This document shows, piece by piece, positions 50,796 through 60,603 of a DNA stretch of 64,000 bases. How positions within the stretch are numbered: the stretch's first letter is position 1; the number at the start of each line of letters is the position of its first letter. The notes beneath the pieces are model-generated. The model had not been told where the DNA came from. It searched no databases and was given only the letters and a program-made list of their open reading frames with translations. This DNA is from Deinococcota bacterium (lineage in GTDB: Bacteria; Deinococcota; Deinococci; Deinococcales; Thermaceae): the NCBI GenBank assembly GCA_041695225.1, contig JBGFRI010000007.1, forward strand, positions 1-64,000, read 5' to 3'. The translations under genes and the position numbers were made by a program.

Positions 50796-50837
50796 GGATT
50801 AATCACCCCCATCCTCGGCCACTCCGTCGCCCAGTCT
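50796..50837. mobile_element. 42-bp mini-element abutting the thiE start codon
   Basis: One mismatch to 22316-22357; AT on both sides, one of them being the AT of the thiE ATG. Confidence 0.88.
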
Positions 50838-50885
50838 ATTGAGGCCCCAGTTCAGGTTGCGCCGCTATGATAAATGAGACCCGGC

Positions 50886-51746
50886 CTAGCATGGCCCACT
50901 CCTATGAGCTTGCAGACCCGCGATGTCGCTGGTTGCCCCATCGGTCTGGAAACGGGGGAAAAACTCCAGTGGCCCGTGCCCCTCACCCAGCCCCGGGGCC
51001 TGCTCGATGGCGGCTTGCAGGTAGCTCCGCGCACTTTTGACGGCAGCCTGCAGCGTTTCTCCCCGGGCCAGCCTGGCGGTTATGGCCGCCGAGAGGGTGC
51101 AGCCGGTGCCGTGCAGGTGCCGGGTCTCAATGCGCGGGTAGCTAAGCGCCTCCGTCTGTCCACCCACCACCAGGTAGTCGGTGGACTGGGGACCCTCGAG
51201 GTGCCCCCCTTTGAGCAGAACGGGAACGTTGAAGGAGCGTTTTGCCAGACGCTCCAGGTCGTCAGTAGTCCTGATCTGGCCTGGTTCAAGCCCAAAAAGC
51301 TGCTCGGCCTCGCGGGCATTGGGGGTAAGTAGCGTCGCCAGTGGCAAAAGCTCCTCTCGCAACACGGTAATGGCCTCTGGCTCCAGCAACAGGTCGCCAC
51401 TCTTGGCCACCATTACCGGGTCAATCACCAGCGGTAAGGCCCTCCCTCTGAGCGCCCTGGCCAGTGCGCTAATTATCGCGGCATTACCAAGGGCGCCGGT
51501 CTTGGCGGCTTTTACTGGAAAATCTTCCAGCACCCGCTTTAGCTGGGCCACCACCAGCTCGGGTTTTAAAAGCTCGAGGTGGCTCACCCGGCAGGTGTTT
51601 TGCGCCGTGACCAGGGTAATGACACTGGTGCCAAAGACCCCATGCGCCGCAAAGGTCTTGAGATCGGCCTGGATGCCAGCCCCACCCCCAGAGTCCGAGC
51701 CGGCAATGCTCAGGGCAACAGGCGGCGTTGCCTTTCTAACCTCCAT
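50886..51746 (-). CDS. thiD: HMP/HMP-P kinase
   Basis: [33 protein letters not shown]. Confidence 0.96.
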   Translation of the reverse strand: MEVRKATPPVALSIAGSDSGGGAGIQADLKTFAAHGVFGTSVITLVTAQNTCRVSHLELLKPELVVAQLKRVLEDFPVKAAKTGALGNAAIISALARALRGRALPLVIDPVMVAKSGDLLLEPEAITVLREELLPLATLLTPNAREAEQLFGLEPGQIRTTDDLERLAKRSFNVPVLLKGGHLEGPQSTDYLVVGGQTEALSYPRIETRHLHGTGCTLSAAITARLARGETLQAAVKSARSYLQAAIEQAPGLGEGHGPLEFFPRFQTDGATSDIAGLQAHRSGPC

Positions 51747-51797
51747 CAAAAAAGCCTCCTTTCTCACCAAAGGAGGCCAGTGCCCGCCGCTCTCTTT

Positions 51798-51885
51798 GAT
51801 CACGCTCCCTACGCCAGCATTACCTGGGTCAGGTTTGCGAGGGTTGGGCTGCTGCCCTCTCAGCCATAAAGGCACCCCTGGTGAT
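51798..51885 (-). ncRNA. TPP riboswitch
   Basis: GGGGTGC..GCTGAGA..ACCC..AACCTGA.CCAGGTAATGCTGGCGTAGGGAG upstream of thiD; P1 ATCAC/GTGAT. Confidence 0.95.
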
Positions 51886-52287
51886 GGCTTAAAGCATATT
51901 GCTGCTCCCAGGCGTCGTCAAGATCTTGTACCGGTCGAATGCTAATGATGAGACCTGTGGTTCGGCGGGGCCAACCCTGGTTGGTGCCGCTAAAGTAATC
52001 CTGCGGTGTCGGTGGCCTGGGGCCTGGATGCCACGTATACTTGCGACGCTGTTTAGCTCTGCAAGAAAGGCATCGCCCCCTTGCATTCAACCTTTCAAAC
52101 TCGAAGAGCCTCGCGCCAGTCTGGGCTTGATCAGGTCTTGTAGTCTCAGGCAGCCTAAGCGATTGGGCTCTTCTGGAAAGCTGTATGGACAGGACAGTAG
52201 TATGGCCGAGCCTGAAAGGGCCTACTCTATCCTGCTGTCTACCAATACCGTATCAAGGCTGGCTATTTGTTCTCCCTCTCCCCATAG

Positions 52288-52365
52288 AAGCTGATGGCCG
52301 ATAGCTGATGGCTGATAGCAACAACGGCTTTTAGCTATCCGCTACAAGCTATGAGCTATTAGCCA
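52288..52365. repeat. ~78-bp heptamer-built hairpin repeat (inverted copy of 7909-7987)
   Basis: Direct sequence comparison. Confidence 0.8.
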
Positions 52366-52493
52366 ACGTGCTCCGGGCAAACGTCCAACCCACACCGAAG
52401 CCCAAAGAGCCAGCTACTGGTGGAGGAACGATAACCCAACTCCTACAGCGACAAGAGCGCAGTTCTAAAAAACATGCTGGCAGACAGGTGGTT

Positions 52494-53003
52494 CTACTCG
52501 AGCCGCGCCAGTGCCGCCAGAAGCTGCTCTGGACTCATGTAGCCCCGCACCTCGCCAACCAGCTGACCCCTGGAGTTATAAAAAAAGTTAGCCGGATAAC
52601 CCCTGACGCGCAAAGCCCTGGACACCTCGCGCTGGGCATCCTGGTACATCACCGCAGTATGGTAGTACCAGGCATCATAAAACCGCCGTACCAATGCGGC
52701 AGGCTCTCCATCGTTAACAAAAGCAAAGTACACATCCGAACGCTGACGGGCTATCTCCTCAAACTGGGGCAGCTGCCGCTGACAATAGACACACCAGGTT
52801 ACCCAGACGGTAAGCACAGTGGGCCTGCCGCTTTGTAACAGCCTGGGCGTACCGTCCAGTCTGACCAGCTGGGTCTGCGGTAGATCCCCGGTCTGCGGTG
52901 GGGCCGGCCAGGCAAAAAGGGCCAGAGCGATTAAACCCACCACAATTAGCCCCACAAAACCCAATTGCACAGCAGGGGAAAGTCTTTTGGGTTTAGCTTC
53001 CAC
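52494..53003 (-). CDS. TlpA-family thioredoxin-like protein
   Basis: N-terminal TM, WVTWCVYC, RGYP. Confidence 0.88.
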   Translation of the reverse strand: MEAKPKRLSPAVQLGFVGLIVVGLIALALFAWPAPPQTGDLPQTQLVRLDGTPRLLQSGRPTVLTVWVTWCVYCQRQLPQFEEIARQRSDVYFAFVNDGEPAALVRRFYDAWYYHTAVMYQDAQREVSRALRVRGYPANFFYNSRGQLVGEVRGYMSPEQLLAALARLE

Positions 53004-53093
53004 TCCCCAAGTCTAGCAGGATTCACCCGCTAGAGTGTTTGCCGCCTTCTGCAGAAATCATCGGGCCCGGCAGGCCAGGCGTATACTGCTGGT

Positions 53094-54371
53094 GTGTCGG
53101 TACAGCCCAGCACGCAACTTCGGCCCGAGGTTCCTATTCCACTCCTGGTCAAGAAAAATACCTGGCTGCTGGCAACCACACAGGCCATTAACGGTGCAGG
53201 TATGCAGCTGGTGCCTACCCTCGGGGCCATTCAGGTGGTGATGTTGCTGGGTAGTGCTGCTTTTGCCGGTGCAGCGACCAGCATCATGGCTTTGTCCAGA
53301 GTCATGACCGCCTATTTTGTGGGGAGATTTAGCGACCAGCGCGGGCGCAAGGCTGGGCTGTATCTGGGGCTGTGGTTGGCGCTGGTGGGGGCCCTGGTTA
53401 TCGGCATGGCAACCATGCTGGGGTCATTTGCCCTATTTTGTGTGGGGGCGCTAATTTTTGGCAGCGGGGTGGGGGCCGTGCAGCAGATGCGGGTTGCTGC
53501 TGCCGACATGTATCCCCCCAGCCGACGCGCCGAGGGTCTCAGTCTGGTGGCAATGGGCTCGCTGTTTGGTTCCGGCATATCTCCTGTGCTGGTCTGGCTG
53601 GCCGAAAAGTTGGGGAATCGCCTGGGTATCAACGAGATTGCGCTGGCCTGGCTGCTGGTTCCGGCCCTGGTTTTGCCGTGTTTTTTGCTGGTGAGGAGCA
53701 TCAGGCCAGACCCAAAACAGATTGCCCTGAAGCCCGAGCGGTACTATCCTGCCTGGGCGCTGGACAGCCCCGGCTCCAGTCACCCTGAGTCTGTACAGGG
53801 CGACCTGGGCTTGGTGCGGGTAGCAGCCATTCTATCGGCAGTTGTGGTGCAAGGGCAGATGGTCATGATGATGGCCATGACCGCCCTGGCCCTGAAAGCG
53901 CTGGACTGTAGCCTTGCACAGATTTCCTTCTCGGTGGCGCTGCACGCCATGGGAATGTTTGCCTTTTCCTGGCCCATTGGGCGGCTGGCCGACCGCATCG
54001 GGCGCAAGCCGGTGATCATGGCGGGGCTGGTAGTGGCAGGACTGGGAGCATTGCTGGTGGGGTTAGGCGATGGATACTGGATAATTACCTTCGGAACTTT
54101 TCTGGTGGGGCTGGGCTGGTCGGGGGCCTTTCTGGGTTCTAACACCGTGGTGGCAGATCTCACCCCACCTACCAGGCGGGGGCAGGCCATTGGGGTACTC
54201 GAGCTCTGGTCAAACGCAGCAGGCATGGCCCTGCCCATCCTTGGAGGACTTCTGGTGGAAGGGTCTGGCCTGCGTGTTCTAGGGTATTTTGGCGCGTTAC
54301 TGGTGCTAATACCCATATTTTGGATGGCCCAGGTGCGTGAGCCCAGGCCCGGCGCCTATAGCTCTGGTTAG
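53094..54371 (+). CDS. MFS transporter
   Basis: About 12 TM; GRFSDQRGRK and GRLADRIGRK motifs. Confidence 0.92.
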   Translation: MSVQPSTQLRPEVPIPLLVKKNTWLLATTQAINGAGMQLVPTLGAIQVVMLLGSAAFAGAATSIMALSRVMTAYFVGRFSDQRGRKAGLYLGLWLALVGALVIGMATMLGSFALFCVGALIFGSGVGAVQQMRVAAADMYPPSRRAEGLSLVAMGSLFGSGISPVLVWLAEKLGNRLGINEIALAWLLVPALVLPCFLLVRSIRPDPKQIALKPERYYPAWALDSPGSSHPESVQGDLGLVRVAAILSAVVVQGQMVMMMAMTALALKALDCSLAQISFSVALHAMGMFAFSWPIGRLADRIGRKPVIMAGLVVAGLGALLVGLGDGYWIITFGTFLVGLGWSGAFLGSNTVVADLTPPTRRGQAIGVLELWSNAAGMALPILGGLLVEGSGLRVLGYFGALLVLIPIFWMAQVREPRPGAYSSG

Positions 54372-54406
54372 CTATCTGCACCATACTTAGAATCAAGAGA
54401 GCCCAG

Positions 54407-56749
54407 GTGTTGCCGCAAGAACTGTCACCCTACAACTCCTTTTCCGAGTGGCTGCGCGATCTGGATGGCTACGCAGGTCAGCTCAGTTTTGTAAAGGTGC
54501 TGCCCTCGCAATCCCCAAAGAATGTCAGTTACCAGGGTGACTTTGCCGAGGTTCTAATGGCTCTGGGGGTGGTGCCTTATAGCTATCAGGCCGAGGCGTT
54601 CGAGCAGCTGCAAAGCGGCCAGCATCTGGTGCTGGCGGCCTCGACGGCCTCGGGCAAGAGCCTGGTGTTTCAGGCACCGGTGCTCAGTGCTGTGCGAAAG
54701 GGGCAGACCGCCATGCTGCTCTATCCCACCAAGGCCCTGGCCCACGACCAGTTAGGACGTTTGCAACGGATGGGTAAGCAGCTAAAGCTAGAGGAAAGGA
54801 TCTATGCATATGACGGGGATACCTCTGGTCAAAAGCGAAAAAAAGCCCGCGAGAAAGGTCAGGCGCTACTGACCAATCCCGATATGCTGCATTTCGGAGT
54901 GTTGCAGCGCCACGCCGACTGGGCGGGGTTTTTGTCCAGACTGCGATACCTTGTAGTGGACGAACTTCACGCCTATCGGGGGGTGTTTGGCGCCCACGTA
55001 GCCCTGATCCTGCAACGGCTCTTGCGCCTGGCCTGGCATTATGGGGCCAGCCCTCAAGTGATCGCGGCCAGCGCCACTATCGCCAATCCCGCCGAACATG
55101 CCAAGAGCCTGACCGGGCTCTGTTTCCATCAGATAACAGCCCATCCTTCGCGAGCCGAGCGGGAGTTTGGCGTCTGGATACCCAAAGCCCTCAATAAGGA
55201 AGGCAGCCAGCGCCGCAGCGCCAACCTCGAGGCCGCACTGCTGGCCCGACACGCTGCCGAGCAAGGTTTGCGAAGCATAATTTTTACCAATGCCCGCAGA
55301 ACTGCCGAGCTGGTAGCCCGCTACGCCGCCGACGAACGAGTACGGCCCTACCGTGCAGGCTATACAGCCCCAGAGCGAAGAAAGCTGGAGCAGGCCTTGC
55401 AGGAAGGCGCGGTGCGGGTTCTGGTGAGCACCAGCGCCCTGGAACTGGGGGTGGATATTGGCGGCCTGGACGTGGTAATTTTGTTGGGCTATCCGGGTTC
55501 GGTTAGCTCGTTCTGGCAACGGGCCGGACGGGCTGGCCGCGGTGAGCAGCGGGCGCTGGTGTTGTGGATACCCCGCGAAGACCCCCTGGACGCCTATTTC
55601 GAACAACGCCCCGAGCTGCTGCTGGCCAGTCCTCCCGAAGCGGCCGTTGCCGACCCTGACAACCCGGTCCTGTATCCCCTGCACGCTCACTGCGCGGCGC
55701 GGGAACTGCCCATTGCACTGCCTTCGGGAATTCACCCCCAGCCCGGGGCCCTGGGTCAGGTGACGGAAGACAAGTCTTCGGCTCTGGACCCCTTTTACCG
55801 GCCCTGGCTTAACATCCGACCCCCGCTAGTCGAGAAATGCGGGAGGCTTTATTCGCCCAAGCAGAGCCCCCACCGGGATCTGATTCTGCGCGGGCGGGGC
55901 CATTCCTTTAGCTTGCGCGACAGCGCCGGTAAGCTGCTGGGCACCCTGGACGAGCGGCAGGCCCACTGGGAGGCCCACCCTGGAGCGGTTTACCTGCACC
56001 AGGGCGAGAGCTATCTGGTGCGAAACCTAGACCCCCAGAAGCGCGAAATTGTACTCTTGCCGGGCCTCGAGGACTACTACACCCAGCCCAGGGCCGAGAC
56101 CGAGATAGAGGTGTTGCAGGGGGACGAAATCCTGAGCGGTATCTGGGCGGGGCCGGTGATACTGCGGGAACGGGTTACGGGCTATGTGAAAAAGCGCTTT
56201 ATGAGCGAGACCGTACTGGAGGAGGTGGCGCTCTCGATGCCGGAGCTGACTTTCCAGACCGAGGCGGTCTGGTTCCACCCATGTGAGGGCCAGATAGTCC
56301 CGCCGACCCAGCCAGAAGGCAGCCGCGTAGGGCTGCGCTGGCCCGACCAGCCCTTGCTGACCGAGGCCCTGGTTCCTTCGGCCATCCACGCCCTCGAGCA
56401 CACCATGATTGGCTTACTGCCGCTGTTTGTGCTGGCCGAGCGACAGGATATCGGGGGGGTCTCCTATCCCTTCTACCCAAGGCCGCTGGCCTCGGGAGGA
56501 GGCCCGACCATCTTTATCTACGACGGCTACCCCGGTGGGGTAGGGTATGCTTTAGCAGCTGCGCGGCAGTTCCCCCGTTGGGTAGCGGCTGCCCGCGATC
56601 TGTTGCAGGGCTGCCCCTGCGAGGGGGGTTGTCCTCGCTGCATCCTATCGCCCAAGTGTGGCAGTGGCAACCGCTTTCTCGACAAACACGCCGCTTTGCT
56701 GCTGGCCCAGGCCCTCAACAGCCGTTATAGCCCCAGCAAGCCCAACTGA
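54407..56749 (+). CDS. DEAH-box helicase with DUF1998 (MrfA/YprA/Hrq1-like)
   Basis: TASGKS, PTKALAHDQ, DELH, QRAGRAGR, CPCEGGCPRC. Confidence 0.92.
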   Translation: MLPQELSPYNSFSEWLRDLDGYAGQLSFVKVLPSQSPKNVSYQGDFAEVLMALGVVPYSYQAEAFEQLQSGQHLVLAASTASGKSLVFQAPVLSAVRKGQTAMLLYPTKALAHDQLGRLQRMGKQLKLEERIYAYDGDTSGQKRKKAREKGQALLTNPDMLHFGVLQRHADWAGFLSRLRYLVVDELHAYRGVFGAHVALILQRLLRLAWHYGASPQVIAASATIANPAEHAKSLTGLCFHQITAHPSRAEREFGVWIPKALNKEGSQRRSANLEAALLARHAAEQGLRSIIFTNARRTAELVARYAADERVRPYRAGYTAPERRKLEQALQEGAVRVLVSTSALELGVDIGGLDVVILLGYPGSVSSFWQRAGRAGRGEQRALVLWIPREDPLDAYFEQRPELLLASPPEAAVADPDNPVLYPLHAHCAARELPIALPSGIHPQPGALGQVTEDKSSALDPFYRPWLNIRPPLVEKCGRLYSPKQSPHRDLILRGRGHSFSLRDSAGKLLGTLDERQAHWEAHPGAVYLHQGESYLVRNLDPQKREIVLLPGLEDYYTQPRAETEIEVLQGDEILSGIWAGPVILRERVTGYVKKRFMSETVLEEVALSMPELTFQTEAVWFHPCEGQIVPPTQPEGSRVGLRWPDQPLLTEALVPSAIHALEHTMIGLLPLFVLAERQDIGGVSYPFYPRPLASGGGPTIFIYDGYPGGVGYALAAARQFPRWVAAARDLLQGCPCEGGCPRCILSPKCGSGNRFLDKHAALLLAQALNSRYSPSKPN

Positions 56750-57029
56750 TGGATAGTCATGGTGTCCAGATGGTACGGGGGAATGTCGTAGGTCTCAAGT
56801 CTCAGGTCGCAGGTCTAGAGAGTATTCATAAATTACCAGGACACCCACCCTTCTATGAAACGTCAGGCCAGATGCCTGAGTTCGACCTGGTAGCCTTGGT
56901 CATAAAGCCGCCGGACATGGCCTTCGACTTGTTCGGCCGGCCGAAGTCATCGGGCTCAGGCCCTTGTAGCCTGCGGGTTCGCAGCACCAGGACCAAACCG
57001 ACCTCGGCACCGCTGTCACGCCGGAGTAT

Positions 57030-57139
57030 GGATCAATGATCCGCATCTTGGGGCACTCCGTCATCGAGTGTATGGATTAATCACCCCCATCCCTTCGACT
57101 GCGCTCAGGACAAGCCTCGGCCATTCCGTCGCCCAATCT
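57030..57139. repeat. Tandem 42-bp mini-elements; the second carries a nested 24-bp insert
   Basis: AT|57030-57071 (degenerate)|AT|57074-57139 (42+24 bp)|AT. Confidence 0.8.
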
Positions 57140-57286
57140 ATACCGGGTACTCTGCTTCTTGCTCCGGGGTCCCTCAGGACGGATGGACGGTTTTGAGCTA
57201 ATCAGCCAGCTCTTTGGCAGTGGGCCACAGCAAAAACTGCCCTGACCCTCATTGGCTGGGTTCTGGGCCAGATAGACTAAAACCTT

Positions 57287-58600
57287 GTGGGCTTACCATC
57301 GTTGCACGACATCATAGCCGCTATCGCTACCCCTCCCGGCAGAGGCGCGGTGGGGGTGGTGCGGGTTTCGGGGGAGGGCAGCCTGGGGCTGGTCGGCAGG
57401 CTCTGGTCTGGCAAGAATCCCGGCAGGCTGGCCGGCGGGCGGTTCACCTATGGGAAAATCTGCAACCCGGCCACCGGCGAAATTCTAGACGAAGCCCTGC
57501 TGCTGGTATTTCGCAGACCCCATTCCTATACCGGACAGGAGAGCGCCGAACTGCATACCCACGGTTCGCCGGCGGTGTTGCGCAAGGTGCTGCAAACCCT
57601 GTTCGAGCAGGGCGCCCGCCCGGCCCAGCCTGGCGAGTTTACGCTGCGGGCCTTTCTGAACGGCAAGATGGACCTGGCCCAGGCCGAGTCGGTGCTGCAC
57701 CTGGTGGAATCGGAGTCGGAGGCCGCCCGGCGCCAGGCCCTGCGGGGCCTGAGTGCCGGTCTGTCGCAGAAAATTCAACACCTGTCGGAGCGGCTATTCA
57801 ACCTGCTGGCGCACATCCAGGCCTGGCTCGACTACCCCGAGGAAGGGGTGGAGCCCGCCCAGATTCAAGAAACCCTGAAGCCCGTTTTGCAGCAGATCCA
57901 GCACCTGCTTGCCACCGCCCCCGCCGGTCGCATCGCCCAGAAAGGGGCCCGCATCGCGCTGGTAGGCGCCCCAAATGCGGGCAAATCCAGCCTGCTAAAT
58001 GCGCTGCTGGGCTACGAACGGGCCATTGTTACGCCCGTTCCTGGCACCACCCGCGACTACCTGGAAGCCCCCTTAGAAATTGCTGGCGTACCCATCGTGG
58101 CGGTGGATACCGCCGGCCTGCGAGAAACCGACGATCTCATTGAGAAAAGCGGGGTGGAGCGGGCCATGCAGATTGCCCAGGAGGCCGATCTGGTCGTGTA
58201 TCTGGCCGACCAGAGCCAGCCCAAAACCGCCCCACCCGCCCTACCCTGGGAGCGCACCTTGCAGGTTGCGACCAAGGCCGATCTGCCCGCCATATGGGCG
58301 GATGGCGCGTTTGTCGCGGTCTCGAGCCTGACCGGCCACGGCCTCGAGGCCTTGCGCCAGCAAATTCGCAGCCGGCTCTTAGGCGAGGCCCCCGAGGGCG
58401 AGGTCTGGATCAGCAACGAGCGCCATGTCGAAGCTTTGCGCCGCGCCGAAGCCCATTTAACCGAAGCCTTAAACGCCCCCGAAGACCTGGCCGGGGTCTC
58501 GATTGAATCCGCCCTGGGCGCATTGGCCGAGATTGTGGGAAAAGATGTATCCGAAGAGGTGATTGACCGGGTCTTTCGCAATTTTTGCGTGGGCAAGTGA
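57287..58600 (+). CDS. mnmE: tRNA modification GTPase MnmE
   Basis: AIATPPG, GEFTLRAFLNGK, GAPNAGKSS, GTTRD, DTAG, FCVGK. Confidence 0.97.
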   Translation: MGLPSLHDIIAAIATPPGRGAVGVVRVSGEGSLGLVGRLWSGKNPGRLAGGRFTYGKICNPATGEILDEALLLVFRRPHSYTGQESAELHTHGSPAVLRKVLQTLFEQGARPAQPGEFTLRAFLNGKMDLAQAESVLHLVESESEAARRQALRGLSAGLSQKIQHLSERLFNLLAHIQAWLDYPEEGVEPAQIQETLKPVLQQIQHLLATAPAGRIAQKGARIALVGAPNAGKSSLLNALLGYERAIVTPVPGTTRDYLEAPLEIAGVPIVAVDTAGLRETDDLIEKSGVERAMQIAQEADLVVYLADQSQPKTAPPALPWERTLQVATKADLPAIWADGAFVAVSSLTGHGLEALRQQIRSRLLGEAPEGEVWISNERHVEALRRAEAHLTEALNAPEDLAGVSIESALGALAEIVGKDVSEEVIDRVFRNFCVGK

Positions 58601-58613
58601 ACACTTTTATGAA

Positions 58614-58812
58614 GCGTCTCATGTCTCAAGTCTCAGGTCTCAGGTCTCTTTGGCTTGCGACCTGCGACCTGCGTCATTCAACGAGTCGATAGTCAATAGT
58701 CCATAGCCGATAGCCCATAGCTAATAGGTTTTGACCTGCTAGCCGAGACCATGGCCGATAGCTAATAGCTGATAGCCGGTAGCTTTTGACCTTCGACCTT
58801 CGACCTGCGACA
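58614..58812. repeat. Mixed heptamer tandem repeat tract
   Basis: GTCTCAG, TGCGACC, GCCGATA and TTCGACC units. Confidence 0.75.
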
Positions 58813-58882
58813 TTTTTGTATGAAGCGTCAGCCCCCGCTTCATGCTCCGGAGTCCTTCGGGACGGATGGGCAACTCTTGTAG

Positions 58883-59428
58883 ATGTTCAGCCAAGTCCTT
58901 ACACTAGCAGCCATGGCCTTGCAAAGCATCCAGTCCCAGCGCAGCCTCCAGACCCATCTGCTGGCTTTTGGGCTGATAGGCATGGGGTTAGGACTTGCTG
59001 CCCTTTCTGTGGCGGCCTGGTTGCAGGGTACACAGCCAGTATGGTCGGCAGTTTTGTTTGGACTGCTGGGGTTGTTTATGGCTTTTCTAGGTGTGGACGA
59101 GGGCTGGTTGAGTGGCCTCGAGGTCTCCCCCCAGCGGCTGCGCATCCGCAGTTTTGGTCGTTGGGAGGAGCATTCCTTAGACCAGATTGAAGCCGTGGAT
59201 GGCCTGCGTGATCTGTTGGGAGGAGGTATGCAGATTGTCTTGGTGGGAGCCGCGCGGGATCCCATTCGCGTACCGCTGCGCCGCTACACCAATTCCGGCC
59301 AGCTAGCGCAAGCCTTGCTGGATGCCGTGTGGCTGCAAAACAAAGAACTGATCGTGATGCCAAGGCTCTTGAGGCGGTTAGGCCAGCCGCCCTTTGGCGT
59401 CCTGGCCGGCAAGAAGTCTGGGCGTTAG
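58883..59428 (+). CDS. Hypothetical membrane protein (2 TM plus PH-like tail)
   Basis: Two hydrophobic helices followed by a soluble domain; start uncertain. Confidence 0.65.
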   Translation: MFSQVLTLAAMALQSIQSQRSLQTHLLAFGLIGMGLGLAALSVAAWLQGTQPVWSAVLFGLLGLFMAFLGVDEGWLSGLEVSPQRLRIRSFGRWEEHSLDQIEAVDGLRDLLGGGMQIVLVGAARDPIRVPLRRYTNSGQLAQALLDAVWLQNKELIVMPRLLRRLGQPPFGVLAGKKSGR

Positions 59429-59461
59429 GCTTATAAGAGTCAGCCACCACGAACACCCCTC

Positions 59462-60181
59462 ATGACCCGCTACCGTATCCGCACCCGCCCCACCCAGCCC
59501 TTTGCGGGCGAGCGTAGCCAGGCCATACCGGGACGGGGGATGGAGTTCTACGAGCTGAGGGGTTATACCCAGGGAGACGAGCCTCGCTTTATTGATTGGC
59601 GGGCCTACGCTCGCACGGGCCGGCTCTACACTCGCATCTTCCAGACCGAGGCCCCGGCCCGCTTCACCTTTTTCCTGGATGGCTCACCCAGCATGAAGCT
59701 GTTGGGCAAAGAGGTCTATGCCCAAAGAGTGTTGCGCACTTTGGCCGAGTCTGCCAGGTCGGAAGGGGCCTATGAGTGGGGCGGAGGCCGTTATCGCGTG
59801 CAGCCTCGCCCGATAGAGCAGGGGCCTTCGGCGCTCTTCACCCTCCCCCGGCCCAAAGGAGTTACGGTACTCGTTACCGATGGCCTGGACGAGCTGGACT
59901 GGTCGCGCCTCCTGCAAAAATTGCGGCGCGTGGTGCTAGTGCAGATAATGGCCCCGGAGGAGCTTTCACCCCGGTTTACCGAAGCCCTCCTACACGATGT
60001 AGAGGTAGGCAGCCGGATGGAGGCAGGCCAGGCCGAGATCCAGGGCTACCTAGAAACGCTGGAAAAGCATCTCCTGCGCCTTAGAACCACCGCCCGCAGG
60101 CTGGGCAGCTACGCCCTGTTGCGCGTGGGCGAGCCGATTGTGTCCTCCCTGCTACGGCAGGGTGTCCTGGAGGAGCGTTGA
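59462..60181 (+). CDS. DUF58 family protein
   Basis: GMEFYELRGYTQGDEPRFIDWRAYART, LDGSPSM. Confidence 0.9.
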   Translation: MTRYRIRTRPTQPFAGERSQAIPGRGMEFYELRGYTQGDEPRFIDWRAYARTGRLYTRIFQTEAPARFTFFLDGSPSMKLLGKEVYAQRVLRTLAESARSEGAYEWGGGRYRVQPRPIEQGPSALFTLPRPKGVTVLVTDGLDELDWSRLLQKLRRVVLVQIMAPEELSPRFTEALLHDVEVGSRMEAGQAEIQGYLETLEKHLLRLRTTARRLGSYALLRVGEPIVSSLLRQGVLEER

Positions 60182-60519
60182 TTCGCCAGGCGCTAAGCCA
60201 GAGGCCCTGCTACGCAGACCGTGGTAACAATGTTGATACACTGTCAAACGTCTCAGGTCGCAAATCAAAATCTGCCTGGGACCAAGAGCCCAGCCTCGCG
60301 GAGCCGAGCCTGTCGTGAATCAAAGGTTCAGGACCACACGCCACTGACTATGTAGCGTTGAGTTTTTGCGCCTGGCTGTCACTACTCCCAGCTACTAGCT
60401 GTCCCCTATCGGCGTAACCAAGTGCTGCGTATAGCGATGTTTTTCGGGCTGACAAACAGGCCGGGTATACAAGGTCGAAGGTCTGCGACGGTCTCGCCTG
60501 CTGCTAATAGCCTAAACTT

Positions 60520-60602
60520 GCTGATAATAGTCTATAGCTAATAGCTGATAGCTAGCCGCATTGTCTTTTGGCTATAAGCTATCGGCTATCGGCTATAAGC
60601 TA
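60520..60602. repeat. Heptamer inverted-repeat tract between convergent genes
   Basis: GCTAATA/GCTGATA units facing GCTATCG units. Confidence 0.7.
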
Positions 60603-60603
60603 C

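Noticed and set aside
54407..56749. DUF1998 helicase as part of a DISARM/Druantia defence system
   Set aside because: No methylase, phospholipase D or other defence partners nearby; it looks like a stand-alone repair helicase
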